Shown here in pieces: positions 27,354 through 39,792 of a stretch of 64,000 nucleotides of DNA. The position numbers were made by a program, and so were the translations under genes. The DNA comes from Neophaeotheca triangularis (lineage: Eukaryota), in NCBI GenBank assembly GCA_054600435.1, contig BAAIJX010000010.1, positions 1 through 64,000 on the forward strand, read 5' to 3'. The first letter of the stretch is position 1, and each line of letters begins with the position of its first letter. The notes below the pieces were generated by a model. It had not been told where the DNA came from. It ran no database searches and was given only the letters and a program-made list of their open reading frames with translations.

Positions 27354-27919
27354 TCACTCAAGCGCAGCGTAGGTATCCAGTTCCGAGCCATCCCTCCGTC
27401 GTCGGGTGATGGGATCTTCGCGCATTTCGACGCCAGGTCCGACTCTGTGGGAGTTGCGGTGGGTGGGAAAGATCTGAGAAGGAAGGGGTCGGTTAGCTCG
27501 GTGATCTCGTGGCTTTACCAACCCTTGTGCCAGGCAATGGGCGACTGATGAAGCAGAAGCACCCTCCCTCTCCGCGCCCCTCTACTCCTATTCCGAACCC
27601 ACAAAGAAACCCCCACGAAAAGCATCATACATACCTTCGTCCCACTCCACCCTAACCTCCAAGCCGCCTCGTGCGCAAACAGTTCCCCAAACCCCAGCAT
27701 CAAGCCGTTGACAAACGGCAATAGCAAGTTGATCGCCGCGCCCCTGAAGAGTCCCCAGAGTGTTGGTGGGCTGTAGAGGATCAGTGGCGAGGAGGAGGCG
27801 GAGTCTGGAGAGTGAGAGGTTGAGTCTGGGGAGCTGGAGTTGTCGGCGTGGTAGTTTTCGCTGTCCGAGGAGGGGAAGGTGGTTGTGGATTCGGTCATTG
27901 GGTCGGCGGGGGTGGCCAT
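27354..27919 (-). CDS. MIM1: Mitochondrial outer-membrane import protein Mim1/Tom13; exons 27919-27635, 27473-27354
   Basis: AINLLLPFVNGLMLGFGELFAHE signature; a GTATGT...CTAAC...CAG intron restores the C-terminus IFPTHR...AALE*. Confidence 0.92.
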
Positions 27920-28358
27920 GGTTTTGCTGAATTGAGGGATAGAGAGGTAGCGGATCGTTTGCTTAGTTAGCTTGACGCAAGGGGGTCGAGAGAGGTGGCA
28001 GCGAGCGTGTGTGATACCAGGTCCTGTAAATACTAGACTAGTATGGGTTGCGGGTGTGAAGCTCGACTTGACTTGACTTCTAGACTGCCTTGCCTAATTG
28101 GGAATCAAGTCGGTGTTTTGACTGCGCCAAGCTCCGATGCCAGTTGTTGCACGTGTGACGTAGCTTTCGTGCCTGAACATGAACGCCGACAAGTGGAAGG
28201 CGTGAGACGTGAGGTAAGGTATTGACAAAAACATTCGACTTCACCTTTCTCCTCTACCATCTCCGCATCACTTCACCAAATAACACGGCAGTTCCCTCTT
28301 GATCGGGGTACTGAGTTGCATACTACCTTGCCCTCACTGACACCGGCAACCCTTCAGT

Positions 28359-29644
28359 ATGGACGCCAACCAAAGCGAGCTCATTGCTCAATTCTCCGCT
28401 GTGACTGGCGCCAACCCGTCTGCTGTACGTTTGGTTGCAGTCTTCGGGTCATGGATTACCGCTGACAATTCCAGGCCCAAACCGCTCTCGCCTCTTCAGA
28501 CTGGAAGCTTGAGGAAGCAGTTGCTCTGTACTATGCCGCTCAAGAACCCGGCGACGACGAGATGGACGACCCCGTCGAATCTTCCTCTTCTCCCGCCCAA
28601 CCAACAGCAACCGCGAGTTCCTCCACATCCAAGCCTAAAGCTGCAACAGGAGGCAGCAGCAAGATGAAGACTATGCGCGATCTCAACAGTGCAGCAGACG
28701 ACGAGGACGATGACGATCCTGATAAGAAGAGGGACTTGTTCGCTGGTGGCGGAAAGAGTGGGCTCGCAGTCACAGACCCCAACAACCAAGGCGGTAGTGG
28801 AGGAGCTAAGAATCACTTTGAAGACATCATGGAGCAAGCACGCCAGAACCGCGATAGGCCAGGCGGCGATGATGACGAAGAGGGGCCTGCTTCGCAACCC
28901 ACCACACGTACTACCAACTTCACAGGCCGTGCACAGACTCTAGGCGGCGATGATGCTCCTAGCCGTGTTGTTGACGAGGGTCCCACAGCAAACGCACCTC
29001 GCGCGCAGCCCTTACCCCGCGTAACCCGCACGCTGCACTTGTGGGACGACGGGTTTAGCATCGACGACGGCGGCCTTTACCGCTTCGACGACCCAGCCAA
29101 CGAAGCCATCGTCGCGCAAATTCGCCAGGGCCGCGCACCTCTGAGCCTCCTCGATGTTGCGCCAGACCAGGAAGTGGACCTGCAGCTCAATCCGCACCAA
29201 GGCGAGAAGTACGTCGCGCCCAAGCCCAAGTACAAGCCCTTCGGCGGTAGCGGCCAGCGTCTGGGCTCACCCACACCCTCCGCCTCCACCACACAGGGAC
29301 AACCCCAGGTCACAGAAGGGCCGGCTAGCTCCGCCACCCCAGCGACCCAAACATCCTCCACAAACCCTCAAGCCGCGACTACCATGCCCGTTGACGAGAG
29401 CACCCCGACACTCCAGCTTCAGATCCGTCTCGGCGATGGCTCGCGCTTGGTCTCGCGTTTTAACACCACGCACACCGTCGGCGACGTGTACGATTTCGTC
29501 AGCAGGGCGAGCACGGCTAGTCAGCAGAGGGCTTGGGCGTTGATGACGACTTTCCCCAGTCAGGAGTTGACGGATAAGAGCAAGGTTTTGGGAGATATGG
29601 GTGATTTCAAGCGGGGTGGGACTGTGGTTCAAAAGTGGAAGTGA
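28359..29644 (+). CDS. SHP1: Cdc48/p97 adaptor p47 (UBA-SEP-UBX); exons 28359-28424, 28475-29644
   Basis: LFAGGGKSGLAV, SEP domain LWDDGFSIDDG, SHP box FGGSGQRLG, UBX domain QIRLGDGSRL...TTFP. Confidence 0.93.
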
Positions 29645-30116
29645 AGGATTCCGGCTGTAAGAATGGAAGGGGGAAGCGGTCAAGAAGGTTCCCGTGAGGC
29701 TGTGCGGGCGCTGTCCTGCTTCATGACAAGGTCATGTCATCTGCTCGGGCTTGATAATGGAGCGAAATCGAGAGACGTTTACGATCAGCGTAGCATTCAT
29801 TGCTGGCGAGCAAAGCGGGATGCAATAGATGGTCGTTTAAAACGCGTTGTGGTAGCTTGCATGACTACAAGAATACCGACCGAAATTTGATAACAGTTCA
29901 ACAATGGCATGGTGAAACCGTACTCGTTACTCGTATCTGTTCTAGGCATGACATCGATGCAAACCTAGGTAGCTACCTTAGTGATTTCAAGAGACACGCT
30001 GACTAATCACGATATCGTCCAAGCTTCCAGGTTCCATACATCTGCATTCGATACCAAAAAGTTACAGCCGGCTGCAGGCCACGAGACTCATTTGTGTTAC
30101 AGTACATACCGCCAAC

Positions 30117-31629
30117 ATGATACCCAGCAGAGGAGCACTTTTCACCAAGGGGAATGCCCCGAGGCTCTTCCAATTACAATGTCGCAATGCAAGTCCATTA
30201 ACACAATAAGTACACCCTTTGTCGCAGACAGATTTACTGACATACACAACACCAGCTCTCCTCCGCTTCGCCGCGCATCTCCCCCAACCGCTTCCAACGA
30301 TTAGCAACCGCTCCTAGTCCACGCATTCGTGATGCCACCAGACTCACCGCCCCCTTTGCAATCTCAAGCGCCACAGCGATCCGATATGCCTCCAACACCA
30401 CATCCTCACCCGCCGCGGCAGCGCAATCCAACGCGGCACCAGCAACCCCCTCCACCGAATCCTCCTTCCCAAACCTCGACAGCATAGTCCTCGATGACCT
30501 TCAATCGACCAGCTCCAACATCCCCGAACAAATTGGCTACCTGAGAGAAGTCGGCATCGACTACGGCTGGGGCCCAACATCCACAATCCAATGGCTCATG
30601 GAGCACGCCCACGTCTCCTGCGGCCTCCCCTGGTGGGCCTCCATAGCCGCCACAGCCCTCCTCCTCCGCGTCGTCATCTTTCCCCTCTTCGTCAAATCCT
30701 CCGACACCACCGCGCGCACCGCCGCCCTTACCTCCATCACCAAACCCCTCACCGACCGCATGTCGCAATGTCAGCGTGAAGGCGATTCCGACGGCATGCG
30801 TGCCGCATGGGCGCAACTCCGCGCCGTGCGCGCAAACGCCGGCATTCGCTTGCGCGACCAATTCGCTCCGATGCTCGTCCAAGGTGTCTTCGGCTTCTGC
30901 GGCTACCGCCTCACGTCCGCCTGCGCCAACCTCCCCGTCCCCAGTTTCGCAACCGGCGGTTTCCTCCACCTAAGCGACCTCACCATCCCCGACCCCTTCC
31001 TCATCCTTCCCATCGCAATGGGCGCCACAATGCACCTCATGGTCCGCTTGGGCGGCGAATCCGGCTCCATGTCCCCAGAAATGCAAACCGCAAACATGCG
31101 CAACCTGATGCTATACATCATGCCCGGCGCCATCGTATTGATAACCGGCTGGCAATCCGGGGCCGTAGCAGTCTGGTTCATGGCATCAGGCGCCGGCGGT
31201 CTCATCCAAGCGCGCCTACTCCAGAACGAAAGCGTCCGCAAATACCTCGGAATCGCACCCTTGTACAAGGCCACCCCTGAGGAAACCGCCACAAACCCCA
31301 CCAGCCCCAGTACTGGCAGGGTCATCGACGTAAACGCCACCCCCAAAACCGGGCCTGTGAAACCTACCTACCAAGCCCCGAACCTCAACAAAATCAGAAA
31401 CAACAGCACCAAAGCCAGCCCGCCTCCTCCCCAAGAGTCCGCCCCTCCAGCCGCCCAAGCCCCGAAACAGGCTCCTAAAGAAAGTCTCATAGAGGCTATC
31501 AAGAATCGGTTCGCTGGCGCGAGGAAAGTGGGTCATGAAAACCAAGCTAAGGCGCACGAGGAACGGTTAAAGAAGCAGAGGTTGCAGCGCGCGAGAGATT
31601 ATGAGGCTAGGGCTAGTGGGAGGAAGTGA
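30117..31629 (+). CDS. OXA1: Mitochondrial inner-membrane insertase (YidC/Oxa1 family); exons 30117-30188, 30256-31629; GC-AG intron
   Basis: IGYLREVGIDYGWGPT, GLPWWASI, GGFLHLSDLTIPDP, basic C-terminal tail and an Arg-rich presequence-like N-terminus. Confidence 0.88.
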
Positions 31630-32481
31630 GGGAGTAGGAAGTAGGTGGAGGAAGGGGTTCGAGTGGGAGTGAGAGCGCTTGCGGTTTCGGGGGGGGGTTT
31701 GATGGTGTGGCTTTGGGGGGGAGGCTTGTGTGACAGTTCCTCTGCCGTATCGGCGAGGTTATGCTTGACAATTGGAGGCGAGAGCGGGAGGCAGGGGACT
31801 GGAGAGCTTTTTTGTTTTTGGCATGGTTTCCAAAGGCGTAATGGGGACGGCCACAGTTGGGCTTTTGCGAGGAGGAAGATTCTCGGCGTGTATCATATCA
31901 ACTCGCTGCCTTTCGACACTGTACGTATTTGCATGTATATAGTTACTACTGACTAGACACGTTCCGCGGACGGGTTGTCTTGGTAGTTTCGTGTAGACCC
32001 AGCTAGCCCTGAAACGACTTGACCTAGTTAGTCTTGGATCGCCACTGTAGCAAAAGTGAGGAAAGTGCTTGATCACGACTAGAGTAGAGCAGGTGGTTGC
32101 GACGAGACGAGAGCCCGGAAAGACCTGAGAGATTATATATAGATAGGGGTATGGTATATAAGACTTCCATCCGACGAGACCTGTGCTCCAAACTCGTCCG
32201 GCAGATCGGGCAGTATGACTATGCATTACGCCCGTCTGACCCGTCCTAACCTATACGCTGTAGAGTACTTGTTGCGCCCTTAGCACCATGCCGACTCTCG
32301 CCTTGACCAGACAAGAGATAACCAAGCGTCGAACCGAAACCCTACCTCATAACCACTGACAATATAGGCATGTCGGCTATTCATACACGGCCCAGAGGAC
32401 TGCAAGCTGGGGCAAGAAAGTAAAGAAAGAAAAGAAAAGAAGACGCAACCCCGTGTCCCTCATACAAGTTCGTGCCTTCCC

Positions 32482-35145
32482 TCACTCCTCAACCTGCTTA
32501 ACCGGATGCAGCAACATTCCAGGCAAACACATCCTTCCCTCGCCCCCGACCCTCTCCCCCTCGCGCCCACTGACTCCCTCAACCCCCTCCAACCCCGCAA
32601 CATCCACGCCCCTCTCCTCCCACTCCCTCCAATCCCTCACTTGCCCCAGCGGTCCCGAGCCCCCCTTCCCATTCCCCTCATCCTTGACCCCCCAACCCAG
32701 CCACCGTCTAAAAAGCACAATAGGAAACTCCGTAGCATAATACCAACTCCATCCGGCAAAATTATGCTCGCGATCGTGATTATAGGGAGAGTCGAACTCC
32801 TGGCCCCAGCGCGCAGTCTTATTGGCGTCGGAATTGAAAATGGCTTCCTGGTACCAAGCGGGCCAGCGACGATCCGCCCAGATTGGGTGGGGCGCGTAGA
32901 CGGCTTTGAGACCGTGGTGGAGTGCCACAGTTGCCGGCCACATTTCCGCTTGCATGGCGCGGCCGGCAAGGTTTTCCAAGTGCTGAGCGTGGAGTTGGCG
33001 GCGCGAGAAGCGCGAGAGGGTGTTGATGTAGACGCGGCGCGGGATCGAGGGGAAGTCTGGGTGCGTGAAGGATGAGTCGCCGCCGTCTTCGGGCGTGAAG
33101 TGCGGGCGCACGTCTGGGATGAAGTTCCAGATTTTTTCGCGATAGGACCATTCGGTCTGGATGGGGTCCCAGATTGGTTGGAGGGTGATTAGGTCGGCTT
33201 CTTCGTCGACGCCCCAGGTGAAGGCGTCGGTATCTATGGAGTGCGGTGGGGTCGGGCCGATGGGTCTTTGGGCTTCGGCCTCGTAGGGGTGGGGGCCCCA
33301 GACTGGGGTGAGAGTGCCCTCGGCTGCGGCGGTGGCGATCTTGGTGTCGGTGTCGTTGACCCAGCTGGCGTAGGAGCCGTGGTAGTCGGGAAAGTAGAAG
33401 CGGGAGCTGCGTTCCCATTGGTATTTGCGCGGTTGGGCGCGGGCGAATTGGGCGACTTGCTCGAAGAAGTGGTAGTGGTTTCCGGTGTAGCGGGCGTCGA
33501 CTTCCCAGTTCCAGACAAAGGCGAATTCTGGGTGGGTTTTGGAGAACCATTGCAGTGGCATGAATTGGTGCCAGTAGACTTGCCAGTCGCCGACCTCAGG
33601 GTACCATTCTTCGAAGATACGCTCGTTCCAGAGGATGGCAATGTCGTGAAATTCGGCCGGGACTTGGAGTTTGATTGTGTCGTCGTAGACTTGTTGGTCG
33701 TCGAAGATTCGAGCGTTGTTGTCTTTGACGTTGACAAATAGGAAGACTTGGTATTCGCCTCCAGATAGGAGAGAAGCCTCTGTGATTAGCGCACGCAAAG
33801 CTTGCTTGTCGTTCTCGGTGTACTTGAATCCTTCCCACGTCCGGATCAGGATGGCCGTACGTTGTCGGTAAGAAGGTTGGTCCTTGAGTGGGTGTTGTTC
33901 TTCTTGGAAAGCCTTGGGCTTGACTTCATCTCGCGGCCTCTCTTTTCCCGGAGCAAGAATGACGGGCTGTCTCGCAGTTGGGGCAAATCGGTTTTTGTTA
34001 GCCAACATGCACTGATCCTGCAACGAACCCCATTGCACTTTTTCCCAGTCTGGCTTCTCAACGGGGGCGTCCCATTCTTCCGCTGTGGCATCCTCCCCCT
34101 GCGCATATCCATAAGGTCCATATCGGTGGTATCGGTCAAAACAGTGCTCAACATCAATGCCCATCTCCTCGGCACTCCCAACGCTCACATTCGGAAACCC
34201 CACCGGTAGGCTAGGGTAAGCCAATACCATGTCCTCGTCGCTTTCATTCAAGAGCTTTCTCCTGGGTCCCCGGCAAGACACATGTTCGCCCTTCCAGTGT
34301 TTTCGCCAACTCGCCGAGTTGTAGTCTGGGTAGGGGCTGTAGGGTTCCGGCTTAGCACCGAGCTTTCTAATGCCATTGCCGATGTAGTAGTCGTTTTCAA
34401 AGTCAAACCCTTCCCAGCGATTCGGTTCGTAATCTTTGTCCGCATAGCTCTCGTAGGGTGGCCAGTGACCCCTGATGTCAGGGGGTGTCCACGACTTTAT
34501 CAGCTCTTGCACTTTGTTATATGCCTGCTCATACGTCTCCTGCACTATCGGAACAGAGCCTTTGTATTGCGAGTCGGAAGAGCTATGTTTGGGCGAAGAT
34601 GTCGGGCGATTTGCCTTGGAAGAAGAGCTCGTAGTAGTAGTAGTAGTAGTAGCAGCAGTCGAGTGCTTCCCTTTTCGGCCGGCCTCGTTCGGCTGATGCC
34701 ATTCCCAATCACCCTCTTCACCATCTTCAAACTTCTCGGGCTCTTTGTCTTCTGGAGCTTGATGGAACCCCTTTCCACCCTCGTTATTCCCGACAGCAAT
34801 TCCGTTACTATCGTCACTATTCCCAACAGCAACTCCACTACCACCGTCACTACTCCCAACAGCAGTCCCACTACTACCCGAGGCATCCTTATCGCCTGGA
34901 GTCTGAACAGTCTCGTGATGATTTTGACCCTTCCCAGCATCTCCCCCGCTGCCACCAAGGGTAGTCTCTTTATCCACTTCCAAACTGCTCTTGGTCTCGC
35001 CAGCGGCATTGCTCAACCCCGGCACTTGCACTTGTGGCAGGTATCCGTTGTACTCGCTATTGCGCATCAAGATGAAAGCGCCTATGAAGAGGAAAGCGGC
35101 AAGCAGAGCCAGCCTGCGCGGCGAGGTGAAGCCTGAGAGCAGCAT
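32482..35145 (-). CDS. DUF3405-family type II membrane protein (887 aa, intronless)
   Basis: N-terminal TM, low-complexity stem, then RTAILIRTW, SLLSGGEYQVFL, QFMPLQWFS, WNWEVDARYTG, EEADLIT and LLHPVK. Confidence 0.88.
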   Translation of the reverse strand: MLLSGFTSPRRLALLAAFLFIGAFILMRNSEYNGYLPQVQVPGLSNAAGETKSSLEVDKETTLGGSGGDAGKGQNHHETVQTPGDKDASGSSGTAVGSSDGGSGVAVGNSDDSNGIAVGNNEGGKGFHQAPEDKEPEKFEDGEEGDWEWHQPNEAGRKGKHSTAATTTTTTTSSSSKANRPTSSPKHSSSDSQYKGSVPIVQETYEQAYNKVQELIKSWTPPDIRGHWPPYESYADKDYEPNRWEGFDFENDYYIGNGIRKLGAKPEPYSPYPDYNSASWRKHWKGEHVSCRGPRRKLLNESDEDMVLAYPSLPVGFPNVSVGSAEEMGIDVEHCFDRYHRYGPYGYAQGEDATAEEWDAPVEKPDWEKVQWGSLQDQCMLANKNRFAPTARQPVILAPGKERPRDEVKPKAFQEEQHPLKDQPSYRQRTAILIRTWEGFKYTENDKQALRALITEASLLSGGEYQVFLFVNVKDNNARIFDDQQVYDDTIKLQVPAEFHDIAILWNERIFEEWYPEVGDWQVYWHQFMPLQWFSKTHPEFAFVWNWEVDARYTGNHYHFFEQVAQFARAQPRKYQWERSSRFYFPDYHGSYASWVNDTDTKIATAAAEGTLTPVWGPHPYEAEAQRPIGPTPPHSIDTDAFTWGVDEEADLITLQPIWDPIQTEWSYREKIWNFIPDVRPHFTPEDGGDSSFTHPDFPSIPRRVYINTLSRFSRRQLHAQHLENLAGRAMQAEMWPATVALHHGLKAVYAPHPIWADRRWPAWYQEAIFNSDANKTARWGQEFDSPYNHDREHNFAGWSWYYATEFPIVLFRRWLGWGVKDEGNGKGGSGPLGQVRDWREWEERGVDVAGLEGVEGVSGREGERVGGEGRMCLPGMLLHPVKQVEE

Positions 35146-35763
35146 CGTGTGTGATGCTTTTTGTTAGGATCGAAGGGTGTATCGTCCGGTTTGGTGGGAA
35201 CTCGCAGCTGCTGCTTAGTGGTGGTTTTCCATGATAGTTGGAGTGGCGAATGTTGGTCGGTCCAGCTGCTGGCTATCACGACTATGGTGGATTAAGGAAA
35301 AGCGGGAGTTATTCAGGAAATACGTGGCTATGTCGAGAGTAGAGGAAGGTAGAATGATAATGCCAATTCAACGACACCTGAGCTGAATAGAGTTCCATGT
35401 CGCAGCGGCAGCAGCCAAATGGTACGCCGCGCAATCGAGACAGCGGGATGGCCCGAGAACCTTCCGATCGCGCCCCCTGTTCCTGCAGACGTTAGCAGCA
35501 GCAACATGTGAACGTGACAGGAACACATATGGATGTGCTCCCACTGTAACGTTACTAGTATCATGACACAAAACACATATAATACCTCAGCAATCCTAGT
35601 ACAACAGGAAATAATCTGCAATGTCGTATAGCTGCCAGAATTATACAGACCAGAGCACGGAGAAATCCAGATCAAATCGTCGTATCGCTGTAGCAACTAG
35701 ACAGCATCAAGAACATGTATACCTTAGACAAGACCGAATCCAACACAACTAAATTAAACTAAA

Positions 35764-37389
35764 CTACACCATCCCCCTCCCCCCATCCCCCTTCGGAAAA
35801 GCCAGACTCGCCCTCGTCCTCGCAACAGACAGAGGCGTCCACTCCAACTTCCTCCCCTTGCCACCCCCACAAACTGTCGCCCCCGTCCCATCGAAACTCA
35901 CAACCCCCAATTCCTTACTGACATACCAGCCCTTAGCCGGAACAGCCCCGGAAGCCGTCAAAACCGCTTCCAAAGCTTCCACGTCATCAACATCGGCCTC
36001 CAGACCCGCTGTTGCCGTTGTCTTGCCGTCCTCTTGTACAATCAAGTCCGGAGCTTCCGCCCTCCGCATCACGCCCAGTGGACTCCGACGGGCAGTGCTT
36101 GAGGAACTTGCTGTGCGGTTCGAGAGAGCGGGAGCTGCGGGGCGGGGGCTTTGGATCTCGCCGCTGGTGCTGCAGCTGTAGAGGCTCGAGCTGCGGGAGG
36201 GAGTGGTTTTGTTCAGAAGATTGAGGTTTGCGGTTGAGAGGGTTGGGGAGGGCGGGGTTATGAGGATGTTTTCGACGCTTTGAGGGCGCACGGGGCGGGT
36301 TGGTGGGGGTTTGGGTGGATGAATTGCTCGGTGTAGCGCGCTGGGGGCGGTTTCGCGGCGGTGGATAGGGGGAAGGTGGGCGGGGAGGAGTGAGGCTTTT
36401 GGTGCTGGGGCGGAATAGTGGCGGGAGGTTGTTGGGGGATTTTTGAAGGAGGCTGCGGAGAAAAAGCAGGGTGAGGGGAGTTGGGTTGGTTGGGGCTTGT
36501 AGATTCCTAGGCCAATGGTCCTGTCGGAGGGTTGTGAGGGGAGTTCGGATCGTGATTCGTTGGTTGTCGAAGTGGCTAGGGTACGCGCGGATAGAGACCT
36601 GGAGGAGCGGCATTTGAAGGAGAGGTCCGAGACGTAGGATCGATCTAGCGGCCTGTACGGCGCGGAAATGGGAAGTGCTGGCCGTTTCTTGAGAACGCCG
36701 AACAGATGGCATCGAAAGGGCTCGTCCGTCTTGTGCACCAGCACGAAAAGTATGCTCGAGGCCACTCTGAAAGCGCACAGTCAGCATGACATCCCTCGCG
36801 GGTCCTCATGGTTTTCTGGGATCAACCTACAACGATAACAGAGCAGCGCCAACACTACTCCTCTGCAGCACACAAGTCGTCCCGACATTGATCGAAACGC
36901 CTCCATGGCCACCAGGAAGACAACTCGGATGCCGCGCCAGCGTGAATACTATCACTAACCCACACGTTGCTACCCAGAGCGTCACGAGCACTCGCAACGA
37001 CACCTTGGCCAGCCATTGCAGTCGCCTCAGCGCTCGCTCTTTCCGCTCGCTCTCGCCTCTTCGATAGAGTATTGTCGCGATATTGTGGGTTAGGAGGTAG
37101 ACGAGCGAGAGCGCGCCCTGGTGCTCGTAGTCAGCGCGCGTGACGACTTGATCAGGGGTCGTGGGCGTAGACTCACACTGACGAGCATGAGTACAAACGA
37201 GGGCAACAGCTCCACTGCCGTGACGCCGATGCATAGCAGGTAGGTTGTGACCCCCAGTACCCCGAGCGCTCCTAGCAATAGCGCGTGCTGACAGAACACG
37301 ATACTGGCGTTTGCTGCTCTCATCTTTCTAAGAGAAGCATCCCTCCTCGGTGGTCGCCATTTCTCTTCAAGGCTGGTGGCAGAGTCCAT
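35764..37389 (-). CDS. Hypothetical 4-TM membrane protein with a long Ser/Pro-rich tail (about 500 aa); exons 37389-37177, 37117-36831, 36766-35764
   Basis: Two canonical introns (GTGAGT..CTGAC..CAG and GTAGGT..CTGAC..CAG) join three ORF-track pieces in frame. Confidence 0.75.
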
Positions 37390-38070
37390 CAAAGCCTACA
37401 ATCTCAGACGTGAGTAGTGCTTGTTTGTGCACGACAAAGCGATCACCTTAGAAGGTATATAATCGTTGAAACGTCTCGTGCGATTTGGAAACGGCGCAAG
37501 GCCTCCCTTGTTGTTGAATGTATAGCCAAAGTTTCCATGGTGGCAGTCGAGACATCGCAGCAGGCTAGGCAAGCGGGCAGAGCTTGTAGGGGAATGCAAG
37601 CACCAGCCGCGTCGTCGCATGTACGCGTAGAGTGGTGTGTGGGAGAGGTTGCATAGAAAGTGCGTGCATTCTTGAGCGTGGCGGCTGTGGAATGTGGGTG
37701 GGAAGCTAGCCGGCCAGCCATCCTAACCTCTCGAGGGGGTTGGTGATCACCTGCCAATCTGCTCCGCGATAATATTTTGCAAGTAGTATCTATAATCAAT
37801 CACTCGTATTGATTTGAAGAAATATCTGGATCGATTTTAGCAGCCGCAGCAGGCGTCTCGTCGATGGCTCTCGCGTAGCGTTTTCCTCAGTCTGCCCCGA
37901 GCGCGAAGATCACCTTCGTCGATCACAAACCCACCGGATGATTGCGAACAACATCTTGCCGAGATGGAATCGGATATGCTGTATGTCGATCTTGTTCCTT
38001 ACTTGAAGCGCCAGGGGTTTGCGAAACGGCTCACGGTGTATACTGTCCTCTACACTCTGCGACAAAAACT

Positions 38071-39792
38071 CTACAACTTTGCCTTTGGCTGCCCCTTCAT
38101 CTCTTGCGCATCGCGCGCTGCCCAGTTCCTCATGACTTTCCGCTGTATCTTACCGGACGGCGACTGCAGCAGACATGTTAGCAACGGCGCTCACGACCTG
38201 GAAACAAGAAAACAACCTACCTTCGGCACCTCATCAATAAACTTTACACCCCCATCCAGCCTCTTATGCTTCGCGACGTGCTGCGCAGTCCATTCCACAA
38301 TCTGCTGCTCTGTGACTTTTCCGATCGAGCCCTCCTTCAGCGCAACATACGCTCTAGGCAGCTCCTCATACTCTCCCTGCAGAGCAACGACCGCCGCGTC
38401 GCCAATATGCTCGTTCTCAAGCAACACTGCCTCTAGCTCCGCCGGCGCAACCTGAAAGCCCTTGACCTTGATCAACTCCTTCTTACGGTCGACAATCCAG
38501 TACCAACCCTTCTCGTCCCGGATCGCCACATCGCCTGTCTTCATAAACCCATCGTCTTCGAAAGTCTCCCTAGTAGCCTTATCGTTCCGCCAGTACCCCA
38601 TGCAGACGTTCGGGCCTCTCACGTGAATCTCTCCCCTCTCCCCGGGTCCAACTTCTTGACCATCTTCGTCGATGAGCTTCATCTCGCTGTTAGGGTCGAT
38701 ATACCCAACCGACCCGGATCTGTCGTCTCTACCCCCGGGCACGTGTAGGCAAGAACACACGACCTCCGTCATGCCCCAGGTCTGACATATCCTGAGATTA
38801 AACTTGGCCGAGACCTCGTTCTGCAGCTCTTTCGAAAGCGGCGCCGCGCCGCAGAGGATGTTGACCAGGGAGTTCAAGTCGTAGTGCTGGGTCTCGGGCC
38901 GTTTCGCAAGCATCACGAGGATCGGAGGCGCCGTTTGGATGTGCGTGATGCGGTGGGCTTGGATGTGAGAGAGCCATTCGGTCCAGTTGAAAGCTCGCAT
39001 GTAGAAACAAGGGGTGCGGTTGATGGCGGCGGCAGTTATGGACCAGAGTTGACCGTAGGCGTGGTAAAGGGGGAGGAAACCCAGCCAGCGTTCTGAAGGT
39101 GCGTTGTCGGGGGACGTCGGTTGTTCGAGTTGGCGCATGAATAGCGATTGTTCTACATTTGCTATCACGTTTGAATGCGATATCATGACACCCTTGGGGA
39201 GCCCTGTAGTACCGCTGCTGTAGTTGAGGACGGCTACTCGCTTCTTGCTCTCCTCGGCGCTCATGCGGTGCCATTGCCATTTCTCAGACTCTTTCTCAGA
39301 CCCCATCATCGTCTCCCAGTCCTTGACGCCATTCTGCTCTTGACAAGGCACATCATTAAAGAGGTAGATTCGATCCTTCGGAAACTTGGCCTTCTCGGCG
39401 GCTTTGAGGACGACGTCCAGGAACTTTGGCTCGACCAAGATCATACGCGCACCCGTGTTCTCGATCTGGAAGGTCGTTTCTTGCACTCCATACGCCGGGT
39501 TACAGCCGCTGAAGATGCGACCGCTTCCCGCTATCCCAAAGTACGCGACTGGTACGAAGACGTGATTGCTGCTGTAGATGAGGACAGCCTCGTTCTGCTT
39601 GATGCCCACATTGTCCAATCCCAATCCCAATCTCTTGACCCATTTCAGAGCCTGCTTTGGTGAAAGCGAGTTCTCAGTGTTCGCGGCATCGATCCATACT
39701 GGCTGATCGGACGGCTCTTTGCCCTCTGGGAAAACGTAGCTCAGGATATCGGTTTGAGGGATGTCGATGGTGAAGGGTGACTTTTGAGGCAT
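38071..39792 (-). CDS. 4-coumarate-CoA-ligase-like acyl-CoA synthetase, peroxisomal; exons 39792-38221, 38163-38071
   Basis: AMP-binding motif YSSGTTGLPKGV, WGMTE, TGD, VDRKKELIKVKGFQVAPAELE, PK|SPSGKI; ends AKL* (PTS1). Confidence 0.93.

Noticed and set aside
27354..31629. MIM1 and OXA1 near the mtDNA block as a functional mitochondrial cluster
   Set aside because: They are 15-19 kb from the junction among unrelated housekeeping genes, and the junction itself may be artefactual
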